A stretch of DNA of 40,189 nt, from the IMG/VR virus record IMGVR_UViG_3300023284_001453, one strand, 5' to 3'. Below the pieces are notes generated by a model that did no database searches, was not told the origin of the DNA, and saw only the letters and a list, made by a program, of their open reading frames with translations. Within the stretch, counting starts at the first letter, position 1; every line of letters starts with the position of its first letter. A program made the translations under genes and the position numbers. Below are positions 1-8,719 of this stretch, piece by piece. This DNA is from a virus.

Positions 1-871
1 CATTACCCCACAATTCTAAGTTTTGATATAAAAATCTGTAAATGTCATCAAATTCTTCTGGACGAGCTTGTTCACAAACTAATTTACGGGCCTTATTTAT
101 ATTTCCTGCTTTAAATAGTTCGACCATCTGAAGTTTGTAGTCTGCCACAGTGTCAATTTCAGAAGGGGCATCAAGGGTAACAGTTACCGTTGAAGCACTA
201 TGACCCATACTAGCATTTTTTGGTCGTATTTCACGATTGCTATTCTGTTGAACCGAGTTTATACACTTTCTTAAATCAGGATATGTTGCTCTTACATAAG
301 TATCAAGTGTATCAAGGAGTTCCTTGCGTAATACAGGAACATCTGTTTCAGCTCCTTCGTTTTCTAATATATCATATACTTTTTTATAGAATTGTTCCAT
401 GTCTAATTGTGTTAAATGAAAACCTTGACATCTGCTTTTAAGAGCTGGAATAATCTTGTGTTCATAGTTACAAGTTAAAATAAATCTCGATGTAGTAGCA
501 AATTGCTCCATCAATCCACGTAAAATAGCTTGTGCGTTTAATGTAAGATAATCTGCTTCGTCGAGTAATACATATCTAAAATCACCAAACGGCATAGAAC
601 CAACAAAATTACTTACTTTTTGTCGAAATGCATCAACTCCATTATCATGGCTCGCATTAATCTCCAAAATATCAGCACTTGGAATTTTAAGTTCATTAAG
701 AATGACCTTAGCTAAAGAAGTTTTTCCTATTCCTTGGGTTCCAGAAAACAATAGATGTGGGGTAACGCCTGTTTCAATCCAACTTTTAATTTGTCTCTTC
801 TGTTTTTCATCACGAAAAACATAGTCTTCTAATGTTTTTGGTTGATATTTAATAACCCATAATTCATTCAT
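1..871 (-). CDS. Clamp-loader ATPase subunit (T4 gp44 / RFC small-subunit-like, AAA+). Partial: it continues past the window start.
   Basis: The minus-strand reading frame is open from the ATG at 871 to base 1. The N-terminus MNELWVIKYQPKTLEDY resembles the start of clamp loaders. Walker A is LLFSGTQGIGKTSLAKVI, the DEAD-like box is VLLDEADYL, and an SRC motif is LKSRCQGF. The SD-less ATG overlaps the upstream stop (ATGA). Confidence 0.8.
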   Translation of the reverse strand, partial: MNELWVIKYQPKTLEDYVFRDEKQKRQIKSWIETGVTPHLLFSGTQGIGKTSLAKVILNELKIPSADILEINASHDNGVDAFRQKVSNFVGSMPFGDFRYVLLDEADYLTLNAQAILRGLMEQFATTSRFILTCNYEHKIIPALKSRCQGFHLTQLDMEQFYKKVYDILENEGAETDVPVLRKELLDTLDTYVRATYPDLRKCINSVQQNSNREIRPKNASMGHSASTVTVTLDAPSEIDTVADYKLQMVELFKAGNINKARKLVCEQARPEEFDDIYRFLYQNLELWGN

Positions 872-1497
872 ATAATAACTACCTTGTGATTTTTTCTCAA
901 ATAATAATAATTATGTACTCGAGACTGTTTTTCATAACCAAAATATATCGCAGCATCTTGTAAGCAATCAAAAATAATACCGTCTACTTTACATTTCTGG
1001 GCTGCTGGATTTTTAGACCCTTGAACTCTTTCCGTTGCCTTCTTCCTGTATTCTTCATCAGTCCAATTTTTTTTCTTTGCTTCGGACATTTTAGGATTTC
1101 TTCCTCGCTTCTGACTAAAATTTGGATTGGCTTCTCCCCTCTTCCCATACATCGGATTATTTTTGCCTACATAATCTCTTCTATTATCCATACCTTTTTG
1201 ATAATTTTCTGACATTGAAGTGTCGCCACCGGAACCAGATTCTGGAATTAAATTCGCCCATTCTTCTGATTTAACTATGTCCCATAACTCTGAATAATGT
1301 AATCCTGCTTCTTTTAACTCTTCTCGTGTTTGATATTCTCCAATTATTTCTGTAATTAATAACTGCCTTCCATGTTTTTTCAAATGTCTTTTCCAATAAA
1401 AACCAGATCCAATATATCCTATATAATCTTCTCTTTCCGTTTGGCAAAGATATTTCAATCCTGTGATTTTATGTGTTTTTATGAGCAGTCTGTACAC
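868..1497 (-). CDS. GIY-YIG homing endonuclease (Seg-like) with NUMOD3-type repeats
   Basis: The N-terminus reads KITGLKYLCQTEREDYIGYIGSG (GIY...YIG). The C-terminal half carries repeated NPMYGKRGE / NPNFSQKRGRNPKMS / GSKNPAAQK DNA-binding modules. It sits between the clamp loader and a chaperonin-like gene, a typical T4-like position for Seg genes. Confidence 0.8.
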   Translation of the reverse strand: MYRLLIKTHKITGLKYLCQTEREDYIGYIGSGFYWKRHLKKHGRQLLITEIIGEYQTREELKEAGLHYSELWDIVKSEEWANLIPESGSGGDTSMSENYQKGMDNRRDYVGKNNPMYGKRGEANPNFSQKRGRNPKMSEAKKKNWTDEEYRKKATERVQGSKNPAAQKCKVDGIIFDCLQDAAIYFGYEKQSRVHNYYYLRKNHKVVII

Positions 1498-1640
1498 TAT
1501 TCTTTTTCTTTGCTTTCTTTAAATTTTCTATCATCTCTTTTAAAATCCCTCTCATCCTAGTATCACAAACAAATTTTCGGGTTTCTTTTAATCCTGTCCT
1601 GTTTAAACGTTGCGATATATGTAATAACCCTTGTGGTTCT

Positions 1641-1982
1641 TCACTCTTGGGCACGTTCATCACTTACTAACAATATATCATCTGGATCTACCTTACGATA
1701 TACTTTCCCATCGTCGAGTTTGACGCCTCTTGTCCATCTTCCGTGCTCAACAAGAACCCATTCTCCGACATTAACATCTTCTTGGTTAGGACCAGTAGCA
1801 CATACTTGTGCCCAACGCGGATGAACTCCACGGTCTCCGCCGCGCTCACTCGGGATAATTATACCATTCACGATTTTTTCGTCTTCGGCATCCATATCAA
1901 CAACAATAATATGATCGTCAATAGCAACCATTTGACCAGTTGTTGTATGATCATAATCAATACTTGACATCTTGTACTCCAT
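1641..1982 (-). CDS. GroES/Cpn10-like co-chaperonin (gp31-like role)
   Basis: 113 aa. The pattern IIVVDMDAEDEK...NGIIIPSE...AQVCATGPN...VNVGEWVLVEHG...DGKVYRKVDPDDILLV parallels the GroES beta-barrel and mobile loop. Confidence 0.55.
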   Translation of the reverse strand: MEYKMSSIDYDHTTTGQMVAIDDHIIVVDMDAEDEKIVNGIIIPSERGGDRGVHPRWAQVCATGPNQEDVNVGEWVLVEHGRWTRGVKLDDGKVYRKVDPDDILLVSDERAQE

Positions 1983-2011
1983 TATTCTTATTTTAATAGA
2001 GTATAACGGAA

Positions 2012-2455
2012 TTACTCGTCTGTGTCAACTAATTTTCTTTTAGGTTTAGAACTTTCTTTATTTTCTTTTACAGCTTTACTTCTCTTAGCAAATTCTCTGA
2101 CTGCTTCTTGTGGTGTTTTAGCACCTTCTCCACTAAGTTCGTCGTCTGTAAAAGTTGATTTCAAATCTGGATTCATGCCTGTTGAAGCCGCTGCCAGAAA
2201 ATCATCAATATTAGATTTAATACTCACTTGTTTGACAGCATTAGGATTGTCTTGGTTATATGCAGCATTTGGATCTGGGCGTTGATGTTCAGGAATATCA
2301 GATACCTTCCTAATAATCTTTCCGCCTTTACCGATTTGATCGCCTTGGGCATTAAGATTAGCATTTCCTATTGCAACAACGTCGGAATTTAATCGAGCCA
2401 ATTCGTCAAAATTAATAATCGAACCGCGGGCACTTCTATGTGTTTTTTTCGCCAT
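2012..2455 (-). CDS. hypothetical protein (147 aa, basic N-terminus, acidic and Lys-rich C-terminus)
   Basis: ORF with an ATG start, packed tightly against its neighbours. Confidence 0.4.
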   Translation of the reverse strand: MAKKTHRSARGSIINFDELARLNSDVVAIGNANLNAQGDQIGKGGKIIRKVSDIPEHQRPDPNAAYNQDNPNAVKQVSIKSNIDDFLAAASTGMNPDLKSTFTDDELSGEGAKTPQEAVREFAKRSKAVKENKESSKPKRKLVDTDE

Positions 2456-2470
2456 TATGTTTTGTTACTC

Positions 2471-3004
2471 CTACCGTAGAAATTCTTTAATTTCAATATT
2501 ATATTTAATCGAATCTACGCGATGCACTCCAATTAAATACAGAATATATGAAGAACAACACGATCCCCTTCCCACACCCCACACAATATTATTTTTTCTA
2601 AAATGTTCAATGAGATAAATTAAATGTTTAAGCAAGGGGAAGAGATTTCTTTCTTCATACATATTTAGTTCTTTACGAACACGATCTTTTTGAATTTCGT
2701 CTGAACAGCGGGATAACAACCACTCTTTCAAATCAATTTTACGAAATTCCTCAGGAGTTTTCCAATTAGAGGTAGCTTTCTCGTCGTACTCTTCGATAGT
2801 TTCTGATGCAAGTTGATCATTATAGAGAATCAACTTACCTTTACTACTGAATTTATTATATTTTAATGCGTCGTCAGAAGATTCAGCGAACAACCCATCA
2901 ATTTCTTTGCCCTCTATCAAGAGATCAGCAAGACCATCGGAAGTGAAAACAACTCTTCCGACGCTATCAACGAATCTGTCTTTATGTTTTGAAATATTTG
3001 TCAA
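2471..3004 (-). CDS. hypothetical protein whose C-terminus resembles the PolIII-alpha (DnaE) palm segment
   Basis: The C-terminus NLFPLLKHLIYLIEHFRKNNIVWGVGRGSCCSSYILYLIGVHRVDSIKYNIEIKEFLR parallels the DnaE segment [50 protein letters not shown]. The ORF stops immediately after this motif. Confidence 0.4.
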   Translation of the reverse strand: MTNISKHKDRFVDSVGRVVFTSDGLADLLIEGKEIDGLFAESSDDALKYNKFSSKGKLILYNDQLASETIEEYDEKATSNWKTPEEFRKIDLKEWLLSRCSDEIQKDRVRKELNMYEERNLFPLLKHLIYLIEHFRKNNIVWGVGRGSCCSSYILYLIGVHRVDSIKYNIEIKEFLR

Positions 3005-3230
3005 TTGGATTTTCGTCTACTTCTTCTTTTTGTTTTTCTTCAAATTCTTCTATTACTGCTTTGATACAGTCGTCAATATCCTTGCCATTAGCACATGATT
3101 TTACAAGTTCATATACTAAATCAATATTTTCGTCCAGATTATGCTTTCTAAGCATTTCTTCTATTTTTTCTTTATCTAAGTCTTCCTGCTGATCCGGAGG
3201 AAGCACATGATGTGGTGTTTTTTTCATCAT
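2982..3230 (-). CDS. hypothetical acidic protein (82 aa)
   Basis: ORF. A late-promoter-like ATAAATAT motif lies about 35 nt upstream, and an AAGGA SD precedes the ATG. Confidence 0.4.
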   Translation of the reverse strand: MMKKTPHHVLPPDQQEDLDKEKIEEMLRKHNLDENIDLVYELVKSCANGKDIDDCIKAVIEEFEEKQKEEVDENPIDKYFKT

Positions 3231-3288
3231 CGTTCAATATCCTTAAAACTGTAAGCCCAAAATATTTATCAAATTAGACATGACTGTT

Positions 3289-3657
3289 TTAACTAATTAT
3301 AACGTTTCCTTTCTTCTTGTCTTTCATTTCTTCACGATACACTTTTAATCGTGGACCCCATTTACTATGCAATTGTTCAGCAAAATTAGTTTTGATTGCT
3401 TGAACACATGCAGCCCATGTAATATTAATTACTTTATATTGTTCAAATAATTTTTTAGCTGCTTGATTTACATAATCTTCATCGAGATAACGATCGCGCA
3501 ACTCATGTTCTTTCTTACCTTTAGGATTTGAAATAATTCCTTGACGATGTTCCATACGTTTAAGAACATCCTCAAGAGCGGGATTAGCTCTGTGTTCACG
3601 TCTCATCATATTGTGTATTCTTCGTGAAACATTACGCGGCATAATAAAATCCTCCAA
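3289..3657 (-). CDS. hypothetical basic protein
   Basis: ORF. The real start is possibly the internal Met at MPRNV. Confidence 0.35.
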   Translation of the reverse strand: MEDFIMPRNVSRRIHNMMRREHRANPALEDVLKRMEHRQGIISNPKGKKEHELRDRYLDEDYVNQAAKKLFEQYKVINITWAACVQAIKTNFAEQLHSKWGPRLKVYREEMKDKKKGNVIIS

Positions 3658-3746
3658 TTTAATTTTAACCAGTAATAGTAAACTTATTTTTAAGAAATGT
3701 CAACTAAATTTTACTTATTTCTTTACCATTGGTCCAAATAAAATCT

Positions 3747-4034
3747 TTATTTAGATTTATTATTGTCTTCTTCATTTGGATCAGGCCAATCAATATTAAT
3801 TACTTTTCTTCCAAGTTTAGGATCTGCATCAATTATTTTCTGCATTTCCGCTTCTACTTTTTCGTGGAGAGCTCTGTTATAGTGGTCAAGAAGACCTTGT
3901 AGTTGGAACACAGCATCACTAGTACCCATATTATAAGCGATTGCCATTCGAATATTTAACTCGTTGATCTTGTTTAACATGTCTTCTTCTGACATTTCGG
4001 AAACTTTTTCGCCTTCAAGGCCGGGATAATACAT
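3747..4034 (-). CDS. hypothetical protein (95 aa)
   Basis: ORF with an ATG start. The 18-bp element AATCGAAAAGATGGAGAT lies in its 5' region. Confidence 0.4.
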   Translation of the reverse strand: MYYPGLEGEKVSEMSEEDMLNKINELNIRMAIAYNMGTSDAVFQLQGLLDHYNRALHEKVEAEMQKIIDADPKLGRKVINIDWPDPNEEDNNKSK

Positions 4035-4114
4035 TTTATGGTCCTGATAATATTAACTAAGTAATATTTATCTTAAAGATCTCCATCTTTTCGATTCATT
4101 GGTTGAAATGTAAT

Positions 4115-4273
4115 TTATTCATCGGTTTCTGTATACCAGATCCTAAAATATAATTTACTTTTCTGTTTAGAATCAACAGTTTCAATATTAATAACATTTT
4201 CATTTGTTAAACCTCTATTCTTCAAGCCTTCAGTAATTCGTTCTATACTTTCCGAACTGAAATGATTAATCAT
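4115..4273 (-). CDS. small hypothetical protein (about 52 aa from the ATG at 4273)
   Basis: An ATG is preceded by GGAGATTTATA. The track ORF (4115..4309) starts at an upstream TTG instead. Confidence 0.3.
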   Translation of the reverse strand: MINHFSSESIERITEGLKNRGLTNENVINIETVDSKQKSKLYFRIWYTETDE

Positions 4274-4683
4274 TATAAATCTCCATCTTTTCGATTTTCT
4301 GAATACCAAGCATCAAATCCACCCGGATAACGAGCTGATAATTTGTTAATATTTTCTTGAATTATATCTACTGGATCAAGATTCAGAGCCATACATTTTT
4401 GCATCCAATACCAAATTTCATCACCCATTTCTCTTTTAAGATGAAACAGATTCTCTTCATTTACTGGTTTACCCTGAAATATCATCTTTTTTACAATTTC
4501 AGCAAATTCACCACCTTCGCTTGTAGCACCGATAGTACCAGTTAATAATCGAGGAACATTAACTCCTTGCTCGTGCATTTCTTTCATGCGTTCCATCATA
4601 GCATCGAAGTCTTTACTTTGATCACTTGTTACAGCATCAACAAAACCTTTGTAATTATTTAGGTAATTGTTATCCATTATCAT
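4273..4683 (-). CDS. mazG: MazG-like nucleoside triphosphate pyrophosphohydrolase
   Basis: All-alpha NTP-PPase signature: an EE box (TSEGGEFAEIVKK) followed by REMGDEIWYW (the EExGDxxW motif). The size (136 aa) is typical of myovirus MazG. Confidence 0.65.
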   Translation of the reverse strand: MIMDNNYLNNYKGFVDAVTSDQSKDFDAMMERMKEMHEQGVNVPRLLTGTIGATSEGGEFAEIVKKMIFQGKPVNEENLFHLKREMGDEIWYWMQKCMALNLDPVDIIQENINKLSARYPGGFDAWYSENRKDGDL

Positions 4684-4729
4684 ACTCCATTTTTAGTATA
4701 ATAATGGATTATTTTTTATTTGTCAAATA

Positions 4730-5671
4730 TTAAAGTTGTCGTGCGATTGCTACTGTTCCAGATTGTGCTGCTTGAGCCTTATCGATTAGCATTGTCCTGC
4801 TTCCAGTTGTAGTAGCAAAAGGAATAAATTCAGTACCAACAGCACCTTTACAACCAAATGGAAGAAGCGGATCATCAAATGGTATCAACAGTCGAGTAAA
4901 TGAGTCATTAGCAGGTAGTCCGCTTGGTGGGGTGAAATTAGCTGAGTATCTACCTCCTCCGCCATTTCCTGTTGAAACACGTACATTATCGATATGACCA
5001 TCAAAAACTCTGTTAACTTGTTCAGGATCTCGTCCTATATATAACGGAAAGTTAAGAGTCCCAATATTTCTGAAAGTTCCACTTGAAACACTTAAAATGC
5101 CGTCAATAAATATTCTAAATACTCCAGATACACGACTACAAGCAACATGATGCCAGCCTGTATTTGTAAGAGAAGTTGGAGACTGTAAAGTAAAAAAGAT
5201 ATTATTACTAAATCTTAATCTTCCAGATGTATCCGTAGCAAAACCCCATTTGCTATTATTATTAGTACTTCCTCTACTAATGATTCCTGTAAAATTAGTA
5301 TCGCCTATTAAATTAATATGGGCTTCGACTGTAAAATCTGCGGTACCTAAATCCCAAAACGGTGAATCAGGAACTGTTACCCTCTGACTATTAGAGAATA
5401 TGCTCATATCTAAACTAGCAATTCCTGATTGTTTAAATGCTGTATCAAGTTGTGCATTATTAACAAATGTTATCGGAAAATTATTAACACTGAAATCTTT
5501 TGTTGATTTCTGTCCATCCATAGAGACGACTCGTTCTGTTCTTTTAGTTACTCCACCCGAAAACGAATAATGATCAGGTTCTAAATCTCCACCCTCAGCA
5601 TATCCACCACCAGCACCTAATACATATAGCATAGTGCTTCCTTGAGTGGTTGTAACTGATGGAGCAATCAC
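4730..5671 (-). CDS. structural protein with a C-terminal concanavalin A-like lectin / LamG-like domain (3' part of a split gene)
   Basis: TGWHHVACSRVSGVFRIFIDGILSVSSG...FPLYIGRD...FDGHIDNVRVS matches the LamG / ConA-like fold pattern. GTG start. The reading frame stays open upstream to 5698 and overlaps the preceding ORF. Confidence 0.55.
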   Translation of the reverse strand: MIAPSVTTTQGSTMLYVLGAGGGYAEGGDLEPDHYSFSGGVTKRTERVVSMDGQKSTKDFSVNNFPITFVNNAQLDTAFKQSGIASLDMSIFSNSQRVTVPDSPFWDLGTADFTVEAHINLIGDTNFTGIISRGSTNNNSKWGFATDTSGRLRFSNNIFFTLQSPTSLTNTGWHHVACSRVSGVFRIFIDGILSVSSGTFRNIGTLNFPLYIGRDPEQVNRVFDGHIDNVRVSTGNGGGGRYSANFTPPSGLPANDSFTRLLIPFDDPLLPFGCKGAVGTEFIPFATTTGSRTMLIDKAQAAQSGTVAIARQL

Positions 5672-6518
5672 AATAGTTGATGCTGATCCGTTTGTGCCTT
5701 ACTGTTGATGGTTCAGTAGCGCCGGCAAGTTTTGTATAACAACTTGTCGTGCATTCATCGGTTACTGGTATATTTTGCCAAAGAGGAACCCATCCAACTA
5801 CCGATGATCCGAATATGTTTACAGTAATATCATCTACTAAGCCATTATTATTTCCTGCGGCTGCTGAAACTATGTTTATAAAAACTCGCACTGTTCTAGT
5901 TAAAGGTGGAATTGCTGTATTAAATGATCGTTTAACCCAGTTAAATGCTGGAACTGTTATTAGTCCACCCAATACTTTCGCTCCAATAATACTTCCAGGA
6001 AATCCGTCATAAAATTCAACCTGTAATTCCGCTTTATCGTTCCCAAAACGACTATTTTGCCACCAACCTAATGTAATGGTTAATTGTCCAGCATCAGCTT
6101 CTGTTATAAATTCGGCTGGCAGAACAACATCTTGATAAGCTAGTCGTTGACCTGAGCCCGAACCACCCCACCAATATCGTGATCCACTGTGAGGAGAAGG
6201 ACTGGAAGTACGAACACTTAAAGAACCGATTTGGTTAATCCAATTTGCTGTTAATGATTCCGCACCGGGATTTAGAAGAGTTAAAGGAACAGGATTAGAA
6301 ATAGTTTGCGTAACATCATCAGAAGTAATATGATAAAGAACTAATAAATCATCTTCTACTACACTTCCAGGAAGAGCTGTAGTAAAAGAAGTACTTGGGG
6401 AAGTAATTCGATTAGTTGTTGTGTCTTTATAAAAACCAACAGGCTCAGGTGGTGCAGACAATAGACTTATTATAGTTTTGCCAGGAATATTTGTTAAGCC
6501 TGAAAATTTTACTACCAT
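5595..6518 (-). CDS. structural protein, 5' part of the same split gene
   Basis: Thr/Ser/Gly-rich N-terminal region. The last roughly 30 aa, after ...AGATEPSTV, look like out-of-frame junk (RHKRISINYCDCSISYNHSRKHYAICIRCWWWIC). Confidence 0.5.
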   Translation of the reverse strand: MVVKFSGLTNIPGKTIISLLSAPPEPVGFYKDTTTNRITSPSTSFTTALPGSVVEDDLLVLYHITSDDVTQTISNPVPLTLLNPGAESLTANWINQIGSLSVRTSSPSPHSGSRYWWGGSGSGQRLAYQDVVLPAEFITEADAGQLTITLGWWQNSRFGNDKAELQVEFYDGFPGSIIGAKVLGGLITVPAFNWVKRSFNTAIPPLTRTVRVFINIVSAAAGNNNGLVDDITVNIFGSSVVGWVPLWQNIPVTDECTTSCYTKLAGATEPSTVRHKRISINYCDCSISYNHSRKHYAICIRCWWWIC

Positions 6519-6526
6519 TATATTCT

Positions 6527-8680
6527 TTAAAAACTCATTACTGTTGCTTTGAGTGGTAGTGGTGCGCCTGCGAAACCTGCTCCAGTTACATCAGCAACAC
6601 GAACTATAATTGCGGTTGGTCCTATTACAAAAGCATTAAACATTAAACCTGGAGGAAGGATGGCAAGAAAACCTAATACAACTGAATCGCCCACAACGGC
6701 CGTTGGGGCTGCTACGCCAAACGCAACGTCAACAAAACTGGGAGGGCCTGCGGCAATTGCTGGTATAACAAATCCTACATCAGTAACAGTATCCAACGCA
6801 ACTAATGGTGCGGGACCAAGAGCTAATGGACTCGCAAATACTATTGCTCCAGTTCCTTTAGCTTCGATATTCAAATCAACATTTGTGTCCGGACCAACGG
6901 AACGAATAATAGGACCTGAACCAGTAAGAGCATGTTCGATATCAATCCAATTTACTGCCGCTTCGCCGCCTGATGCAAAACCAAGAACAAGCTGAGACCC
7001 GCCGAAGCTAATACCTTTACCATTAACATCAAGATTACCACCAAGTTGTGGGGTTGTGTCTTCAATAAGATTACTAATACTACTGGCTGCTCCAACTGAT
7101 GCAAATCCAAGAGTGCCAGCACCATTAGTTGTTAGTGCTTGTCCTGATGATCCATCAACAATTGGCCATATCAATCCATCGAGAATTAAACTGCCATCTC
7201 CTGCGCCGCCAGTTCCAGGAGCTATAAATACAGATCCAGAAGAAAAGGCTCCTGATCCATCTCCACTAACGATAGTAGTATCTCCGCCAGTAGCTGTTGA
7301 GTCACTATCGCCTCCACCAACAGTTAGACTTTCATTTGTATCACCACGCATTTCTGAAGGACCAGTTATCCCAACAATTACATCACCAGTCCCTTTTGGT
7401 TCAATACTTAAATCAACATTTGTATCCGCTCCAACTGAACGAATAATAGGTCCTGAGCCGGTTGCTTCATTTTCGATCTCAATATAATTAACTGCTGAAG
7501 CATCTTCTACAAAATCAAGTAGTAGATTTGTTCCGTCTCCTAAACCAAATGTATTAACATCAAGCTGTCCACCAAGCTGTGGAGTTAAATCTTCAACGAT
7601 ATTATTAAGTCCGCCGCCCGAAACGTCGCTGAATTGAGCCCAGTCAATATCACCTACGTTAATGGTTATAACACCATCTCCGATAACTACCCATCCAGTA
7701 GAGCCATTAACCGATCCTGTTTCAACAAATGTAAAGTTTCCTGCGCTAACTTCGTTTGATGGTGTTCCATCCTGATCCGTTGCTCTTGTCAAAACTGTTG
7801 TTCCACCTGATCCTGTATCGGATGCGACGTATATTCCATTTTCTTTAGCATCAGCTTGATTTTTAACGAGAGCACGATCACCATCAGCCAGATTAGTTCC
7901 ATCAACACTTGTAAATCCGGCACCTGGCGCAGTTAATGTATCTCCAACTCCGCCGTTATTTACAAAAGTAAATGTAGAAAGGTCTCCAGGAACAGTAGCA
8001 AGCCGGACGGACTCTTTTGGATCAAGTCCCGCAGCAAGTGAATCAACATATAATTTAGTAGTGGCGTCGGCATCTACAGTAGGTGTAGCCAAGTTAATGA
8101 TTTTGTTGTTTTGCGCGTCCAATTCTCCACCAAGTTGTGGAGTTGTGTCATCAACAACATTGGTAAGTCCGCCACTAGTAGTGAAACTAAGATTTCCGGC
8201 ACCATCTGTTGTAAGCACTTGTCCGTTTGTTCCATCCGCAAAAGGCCAACTTAATCCATCCAGAATAATGACTCCGGTTCCATCTGGAGCAATAGGAATG
8301 TTGCCATCTGACACACTAACTATAGAAAATCCATTTACATCGAGATCACCACCAAGTTGTGGTGTTGTATCATCGACTAAATCATCAAATTCGCTGCCAA
8401 CAGCTTTCCAAGATAATCCATCACTATAAAATGGACCTGGGGTAGGAGCATCAGAAACATAAACAAGACTTGCTTCGTTATCAATTGCAGGTGGCAATTC
8501 AGCTAATAGAAAAGACACTAATTCCAGAGGGCCAGTCATTATAGAAGAACCGTCTGATTCGAATTTACGAGCTTGAAGTTCTGTTATTTCGATCTTAGCT
8601 ATCGTAAAGTTATCTCTCATAACTTTTGCTGGTTGGTCAATACCAGTTACTGGTTTTGTTTCATCTATATTAGATACCAT
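6527..8680 (-). CDS. tail-fibre-like repeat protein (717 aa)
   Basis: Gly/Thr/Asp-rich. The module TTPQLGG(D/E/Q/N)LDVN occurs 4 times. One copy is followed by NKIINLATPTVDADATTKLYVD. Two roughly 160-aa internal repeats, VN(Y/W)I(E/D)IE..TGSGPIIRSVG.DTNVDL.IE.KGTG, are also visible at the DNA level. An ATAAATAG late-promoter motif and AAAGGAAG SD lie upstream. Confidence 0.65.
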   Translation of the reverse strand: MVSNIDETKPVTGIDQPAKVMRDNFTIAKIEITELQARKFESDGSSIMTGPLELVSFLLAELPPAIDNEASLVYVSDAPTPGPFYSDGLSWKAVGSEFDDLVDDTTPQLGGDLDVNGFSIVSVSDGNIPIAPDGTGVIILDGLSWPFADGTNGQVLTTDGAGNLSFTTSGGLTNVVDDTTPQLGGELDAQNNKIINLATPTVDADATTKLYVDSLAAGLDPKESVRLATVPGDLSTFTFVNNGGVGDTLTAPGAGFTSVDGTNLADGDRALVKNQADAKENGIYVASDTGSGGTTVLTRATDQDGTPSNEVSAGNFTFVETGSVNGSTGWVVIGDGVITINVGDIDWAQFSDVSGGGLNNIVEDLTPQLGGQLDVNTFGLGDGTNLLLDFVEDASAVNYIEIENEATGSGPIIRSVGADTNVDLSIEPKGTGDVIVGITGPSEMRGDTNESLTVGGGDSDSTATGGDTTIVSGDGSGAFSSGSVFIAPGTGGAGDGSLILDGLIWPIVDGSSGQALTTNGAGTLGFASVGAASSISNLIEDTTPQLGGNLDVNGKGISFGGSQLVLGFASGGEAAVNWIDIEHALTGSGPIIRSVGPDTNVDLNIEAKGTGAIVFASPLALGPAPLVALDTVTDVGFVIPAIAAGPPSFVDVAFGVAAPTAVVGDSVVLGFLAILPPGLMFNAFVIGPTAIIVRVADVTGAGFAGAPLPLKATVMSF

Positions 8681-8699
8681 AAATTAATCTTCCTTTTAG

Positions 8700-8707
8700 C
8701 TATTTAT
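8700..8707 (-). promoter_or_regulatory. T4/cyanophage-type late promoter motif (ATAAATAG) upstream of the 717-aa fibre-like gene
   Basis: NATAAATA-like octamer about 20 nt upstream of the SD and ATG. The same motif occurs at 13748-13755 (upstream of the giant subtilase gene) and at 3262-3269. Confidence 0.35.
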
Positions 8708-8719
8708 TATAACCAATTT

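Noticed and set aside
220-441. Plus-strand 73-aa ORF inside the clamp-loader gene
   Set aside because: Antisense to a high-confidence AAA+ gene and has no RBS.
1469-1663. 64-aa minus-strand ORF overlapping both the GIY-YIG gene start and the GroES-like gene end
   Set aside because: It overlaps two better-supported genes. It is more likely the 5' UTR and promoter region of the seg-like gene.
6549-8429. Plus-strand ORFs (6549..6995, 7056..7487, 8061..8429) and others such as 10635..11219 and 12738..13103 inside the big minus-strand structural genes
   Set aside because: They are antisense to strongly supported genes and their products are low-complexity Pro/Ser/Thr-rich strings, the typical artefact of the reverse strand of Gly/Thr-rich genes. 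They lack SD sequences.
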